The notes beneath the pieces are model-generated. The model was not told the DNA's origin and searched no databases. It was given only the letters and a program-made list of their open reading frames with translations. Below are positions 28,640 to 32,000 of a stretch of 32,000 nucleotides of DNA, piece by piece; position 1 is the stretch's first letter, and each line of letters opens with the position of its first letter. A program made the position numbers and the translations under genes. The DNA lies in assembly GCF_000018465.1 (NCBI RefSeq), contig NC_010085.1, forward strand, positions 30,001 to 62,000, read 5' to 3'. This DNA is from Nitrosopumilus maritimus SCM1. GTDB lineage: Archaea; Thermoproteota; Nitrososphaeria; Nitrososphaerales; Nitrosopumilaceae.

Positions 28640-29602
28640 ATGGAACAAGAAGACCATGAATTACTTTTACCTCTAGTTGAAGAAGAAAACATCTGCCTTC
28701 CATTGCCTGTTAATGTGGTCTCAAAATATTGGAATATTGATTTGCCCATGGCTGAAGCTACAGAGACTGCAAAAAAATATGCAGGATTTAACGGAAGTAT
28801 ACTAATTGAAGGAATTGAATCTGCAGAAAGACATGGATTGATATGTAAAATTGTGCATTCTTCTCTAAATGAACTAAAAAAAATTATTGATTCTGGAATC
28901 CCTCCAATAGTAATTCTTCCAGGAATACCTGAAGTTACTCAACATGCTTCAATTATTACTGGTTACAATAATGATGAAAAAACTATTTTGCATTATATCC
29001 AAACAGGAAATCAAGAAGGTGAAATGCAGGAAGGTGCAATTCCTGAAGATGTTTTTGAAAAAGAATGGTGTGAAGAAGGAAAGTTATTGATTGTACTTGC
29101 ACCTGAAGATATTATATCTTCTATCAAACTTGAAAATGATTCTTTTGATAAATCAAATCGATTATGTTTTGAATCAGAACGACAAAATATTCTAAAAAAT
29201 TACTCAGAAGCAATCAACTCTTTAAACCAAGCAATAGAATTGAATCCAGAAAATTCAACAGCACTCCATCTTTTAGGTACTATGATGAATGAACAAAAAT
29301 CTTCTGAATGTATAAAACTTTATGAAAAATGCTTAGAGCTCAATAATAGATCATATTTGACGTATAATGGACTTGGAAATTTTTATCTAAAAACAAATGA
29401 TTTTGAAAAAGCAGAAGATTGTTACACAAAAGCAATTGAAATTAATCCCAAACGTTCTGCTAAAATTTACAAAAATCGTGCTTATCTTAGAGAACAACAA
29501 AACAAGAATAACGATGCAAAAGACGATCTTAAAAATTATCTAAAATATTTTCCAAAAGCTCCTGATAGAGGAATTATAGAACAAGCAATTCGTGAATTAT
29601 AA
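28640..29602 (+). CDS. Peptidase C39-like N-terminal domain fused to TPR repeats
   Basis: N-terminus NICLPLPVNVVSKYWN...IPPIVILPGIPEVTQHASIITGYNNDEKTILHY resembles C39-like papain folds (Cys...His). C-terminal TPRs: YSEAINSLNQAIELNPENSTALHLLG, FEKAEDCYTKAIEINPKRSAKIYKNRA. Confidence 0.7.
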   Translation: MEQEDHELLLPLVEEENICLPLPVNVVSKYWNIDLPMAEATETAKKYAGFNGSILIEGIESAERHGLICKIVHSSLNELKKIIDSGIPPIVILPGIPEVTQHASIITGYNNDEKTILHYIQTGNQEGEMQEGAIPEDVFEKEWCEEGKLLIVLAPEDIISSIKLENDSFDKSNRLCFESERQNILKNYSEAINSLNQAIELNPENSTALHLLGTMMNEQKSSECIKLYEKCLELNNRSYLTYNGLGNFYLKTNDFEKAEDCYTKAIEINPKRSAKIYKNRAYLREQQNKNNDAKDDLKNYLKYFPKAPDRGIIEQAIREL

Positions 29603-29676
29603 TGCGGAGTGCGGGATTTGAACCCGCGGCCTTCAGCTTGGGAAGCTGACATCATACCAGACTAAACTAACTCCGC
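29603..29676 (-). tRNA. tRNA-Gly (anticodon CCC)
   Basis: Minus-strand GCGGAGT...TCAGC-TTCCCAA-GCTGA...GCGGG-TTCAAAT-CCCGC-ACTCCGC-A: full cloverleaf with 7-bp acceptor stem, 7-nt anticodon loop TTCCCAA and T-loop TTCAAAT; no encoded CCA. Confidence 0.93.
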
Positions 29677-29728
29677 TTGTGCTCTCTTCATTAATTATAA
29701 TTAAATATCTTAATTCTCAAATTAGTAC

Positions 29729-29902
29729 ATGGATGCAAGATGTCCTGAATGTGAAAAAGTTGCAATACTGGATGATGATGTAACAAATGTAAAATGCCCT
29801 CATTGTAATTTTGAAGCAGATTATGACACGTATCTTGAAATCATGAAAGATCAAGCAATCAACATGTCTTCTGAATACATTCCTGATAGACCCGGATTAT
29901 AA
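29729..29902 (+). CDS. Small zinc-ribbon protein (57 aa)
   Basis: MDARCPECEKVAILDDDVTNVKCPHCNFEADYDTYLEIMKDQAINMSSEYIPDRPGL; two CPxC knuckles. Below the length cutoff of the supplied track. Confidence 0.65.
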   Translation: MDARCPECEKVAILDDDVTNVKCPHCNFEADYDTYLEIMKDQAINMSSEYIPDRPGL

Positions 29903-29903
29903 T

Positions 29904-30032
29904 TTACCAATAATTTCCTTTATCTGAACAATCTAGATGCGCTCCACAATTAGGACAAAACATATGACAGGCCTGCATGTCGACCATCTTATTATCGCAC
30001 TTGGGACATCGTATATCTTCAGCCATGTTCAT
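29904..30032 (-). CDS. Small zinc-ribbon protein (42 aa)
   Basis: MNMAEDIRCPKCDNKMVDMQACHMFCPNCGAHLDCSDKGNYW; paired CPxC knuckles. Below the cutoff of the supplied track. Confidence 0.62.
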   Translation of the reverse strand: MNMAEDIRCPKCDNKMVDMQACHMFCPNCGAHLDCSDKGNYW

Positions 30033-30100
30033 CTCTATCTCTGTTAATTTAAAAATAATGTCCAAAGGTTAATTAGTCGTTTTAGATTTTTTTCGAATAC

Positions 30101-30514
30101 TTGGCAAACTTCAAGATTACCATTTCCGATACCAAAGGAAAATCAATGTCTAAAGAGCTTAAAGATAGCGATGCTAATCCTCTCTTAGGACTTGAATTAG
30201 GACAAGAAACTGATGCTTCTGTTGTAGGTCTAAATGGAAAGTTAAAACTTACTGGAGGTAGTGACAAGTCTGGTGTTCCAATGAGAAATGATATTCATGG
30301 TGCTGCAAGAAAATACGTTTTGCTTTCTAAAGGTGTAGGTTTACAAGATGCAGAGAAAGGACAAAGAGTAAGAAAATTAATGCGTGGAAACACTGTTTCT
30401 GAAGAAATTTATCAAATTAATTGCAAATTTGATGGTGAATTACCTGTTGAAGAAGCTCCTGCAGAAGACGCACCAGAATCTGCAGAAGAAAAATCTGAAG
30501 ATAAAAAAGAATAA
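30101..30514 (+). CDS. rps6e: 30S ribosomal protein S6e
   Basis: ANFKITISDTKGKSMSKEL, DANPLLGLELGQE, KLTGGSDKSGVPMRNDIHGAARKYVLLSKGVG; TTG start. Confidence 0.92.
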   Translation: MANFKITISDTKGKSMSKELKDSDANPLLGLELGQETDASVVGLNGKLKLTGGSDKSGVPMRNDIHGAARKYVLLSKGVGLQDAEKGQRVRKLMRGNTVSEEIYQINCKFDGELPVEEAPAEDAPESAEEKSEDKKE

Positions 30515-30545
30515 CTTAACATATAACGATTCTACCTTTTGACTC

Positions 30546-31808
30546 ATGCACTGGAGAGAGACACTTCCTGATTGGTACATTGAAAAGTATGGGTATCAAC
30601 CATGTGTTAACATTGGAACTGCTGGCCATGTAGATCATGGAAAAACTACTCTGATTCAAGCATTAACTGGTTCATGGACAAGTGTTCATAGTCAAGAACT
30701 AAAACGTGGAATTACAATTCGTGTTGGTTATTCTGATGCAGCATTTTACAAATGTAAAAACTGTGAAGAACCATTAGGGTATTCTACAACACCAAAATGC
30801 AACAATTGTGGTGGAGAAAGTGAACTATCTAGAGTTGTTAGTTTTGTAGATAGCCCAGGACACGAGAGTTTAATGGCAAATATGCTATCTGGTTCTGCAT
30901 TAATGGATGGAGCATTATTACTAGTTGCAGCAAACGAAAAGGTTCCAAGACCCCAGACAAAAGAACATCTTTTAGCACTCCAAACACTTGGAATTCAACA
31001 GATTGTAGTAGTTCAAAATAAAGTTGATTTACTATCTTACAAAGAAGCACTAGCAAATTATCAAGATATTACAAAATTTGTTAAAGGAAGTCATGCTGCA
31101 AAAGCACCAATTATACCAATTTCTGCCCAATCTGGCCTAAATGTAGATGCATTAATTGGTTCAATAGAATCTAATATCAAAACCCCTGACAGAGATGAAA
31201 AACAAGATACAGTTATGCATGTTTTACGTTCTTTTGATGTAAACAAACCTGGAACTAAATTAAAAAACATCAAGGGAGGTGTTATTGGTGGTAGCTTGAC
31301 TCAAGGTATATTCAACGTAGGTGATGAAATTGAGATAAAACCAGGAATACTAAATGAAAAGAAAAAAAATTATGAACCTCTTGTAACAGAGATTACTTCT
31401 TTAGGAACTGCTGCTGGAATTGTTGAATCTGTAAAACCTGGTGGCTTAGTTGCAATTGGAACTAAACTAGATCCATCAATGACTCGAAGTGACTCATTCA
31501 TTGGTTCAGTTATTGGAAAACCAGGTACACTACCAGAAAATTCTACAAAACTAAAACTAGATGTAACATTATTTGATTCAGCAGTAGGAACTACTGAGGA
31601 TATTAAAGTCCAACCAATACAAACAGGTGAACTACTTAGAGTGAATATTGGAACTGCTCCATTATTGGGTAAAGTAACTAAAGTAAAATCCAAAAATACA
31701 GAAATTGAATTACGAAGACCTGCCTGTATTTTTGAAGGTGGAAATGTAGCACTAAGTAGAAGAATTGATGAACGATGGAGACTAATTGGTGCAGGAATAG
31801 TTGGTTGA
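30546..31808 (+). CDS. eif2g: Translation initiation factor 2 subunit gamma
   Basis: NIGTAGHVDHGKTTLIQALTG, CxxC zinc knuckles, DSPGHESLMANMLSGSALMDGALLLVAANE, VVQNKVDL; C-terminal RIDERWRLIGAG. Confidence 0.95.
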   Translation: MHWRETLPDWYIEKYGYQPCVNIGTAGHVDHGKTTLIQALTGSWTSVHSQELKRGITIRVGYSDAAFYKCKNCEEPLGYSTTPKCNNCGGESELSRVVSFVDSPGHESLMANMLSGSALMDGALLLVAANEKVPRPQTKEHLLALQTLGIQQIVVVQNKVDLLSYKEALANYQDITKFVKGSHAAKAPIIPISAQSGLNVDALIGSIESNIKTPDRDEKQDTVMHVLRSFDVNKPGTKLKNIKGGVIGGSLTQGIFNVGDEIEIKPGILNEKKKNYEPLVTEITSLGTAAGIVESVKPGGLVAIGTKLDPSMTRSDSFIGSVIGKPGTLPENSTKLKLDVTLFDSAVGTTEDIKVQPIQTGELLRVNIGTAPLLGKVTKVKSKNTEIELRRPACIFEGGNVALSRRIDERWRLIGAGIVG

Positions 31809-32000
31809 AGTAATCTGCGATACCAGTTTTTTGATAAATCTTGCTACTAGAAGAATAAAAAATATTGATAATCTTGATGTCGAGATAGGTACAATTTCTT
31901 TTGTCGTTCCTGAGGTTGTAAAAACAGAATTATCAAAATTACTTAAAATTCCTGAAAAAAAATATGATATTGAAAAAACATTAAATTTTATCAAAAATTT
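31801..32000 (+). CDS. PIN-domain protein (Fcf1/VapC-like), N-terminal part, truncated by window
   Basis: From TTG 31801 the frame reads MVEVICDTSFLINLATRRIKNIDNLDVEIGTISFVVPEVVKTELSKLLKIPEKKYDIEKTLNFIKN...; the catalytic-type DTSFLINLA and PEVVxxEL are PIN motifs. Overlaps the eif2g 3' end by 8 nt. Confidence 0.8.
   Translation, partial: MVEVICDTSFLINLATRRIKNIDNLDVEIGTISFVVPEVVKTELSKLLKIPEKKYDIEKTLNFIKN

Noticed and set aside
1-32000. CRISPR arrays, transposons, prophage, toxin-antitoxin or defence islands
   Set aside because: No regularly spaced direct repeats, transposase/integrase motifs or Cas-like proteins were seen. The PIN protein at the right end belongs to the conserved aIF2-gamma neighbourhood, and no partner antitoxin is visible.

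Overview
This 32 kb window looks like a dense, AT-rich chromosomal segment of an archaeon, probably an ammonia-oxidising Nitrosopumilus-like thaumarchaeon. That assignment is inferred from gene content: a CdvB-family ESCRT-III protein, archaeal PriS/PriL, aIF2-gamma, S6e, QueC, AcnX-type mevalonate-pathway dehydratase and cobalamin methyltransferases. It is almost entirely core or housekeeping genes. I see no CRISPR array, transposase, integrase, phage module or recognisable defence island, and no obvious new multigene system. Four signals deserve a second look. (1) A MurI/Asp-Glu-racemase-family protein (17719..18474, -) has serine at both catalytic cysteine positions. (2) A ThiI-like THUMP protein (7114..8277, -) has lost the SGGxDS PP-loop signature and sits divergently next to APS reductase and ATP sulfurylase genes. 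(3) An intergenic, GC-rich 17-bp imperfect stem at about 5747..5814 pairs best as a minus-strand RNA, through G-U wobbles, and matches no RNA class I recognise. (4) Two short zinc-ribbon ORFs (29729..29902 + and 29904..30032 -) are absent from the supplied ORF track. The other observations are modest. Product names come from motif and family recognition by eye; no database search was run. Coordinates follow the supplied ORF track unless a different start is argued.
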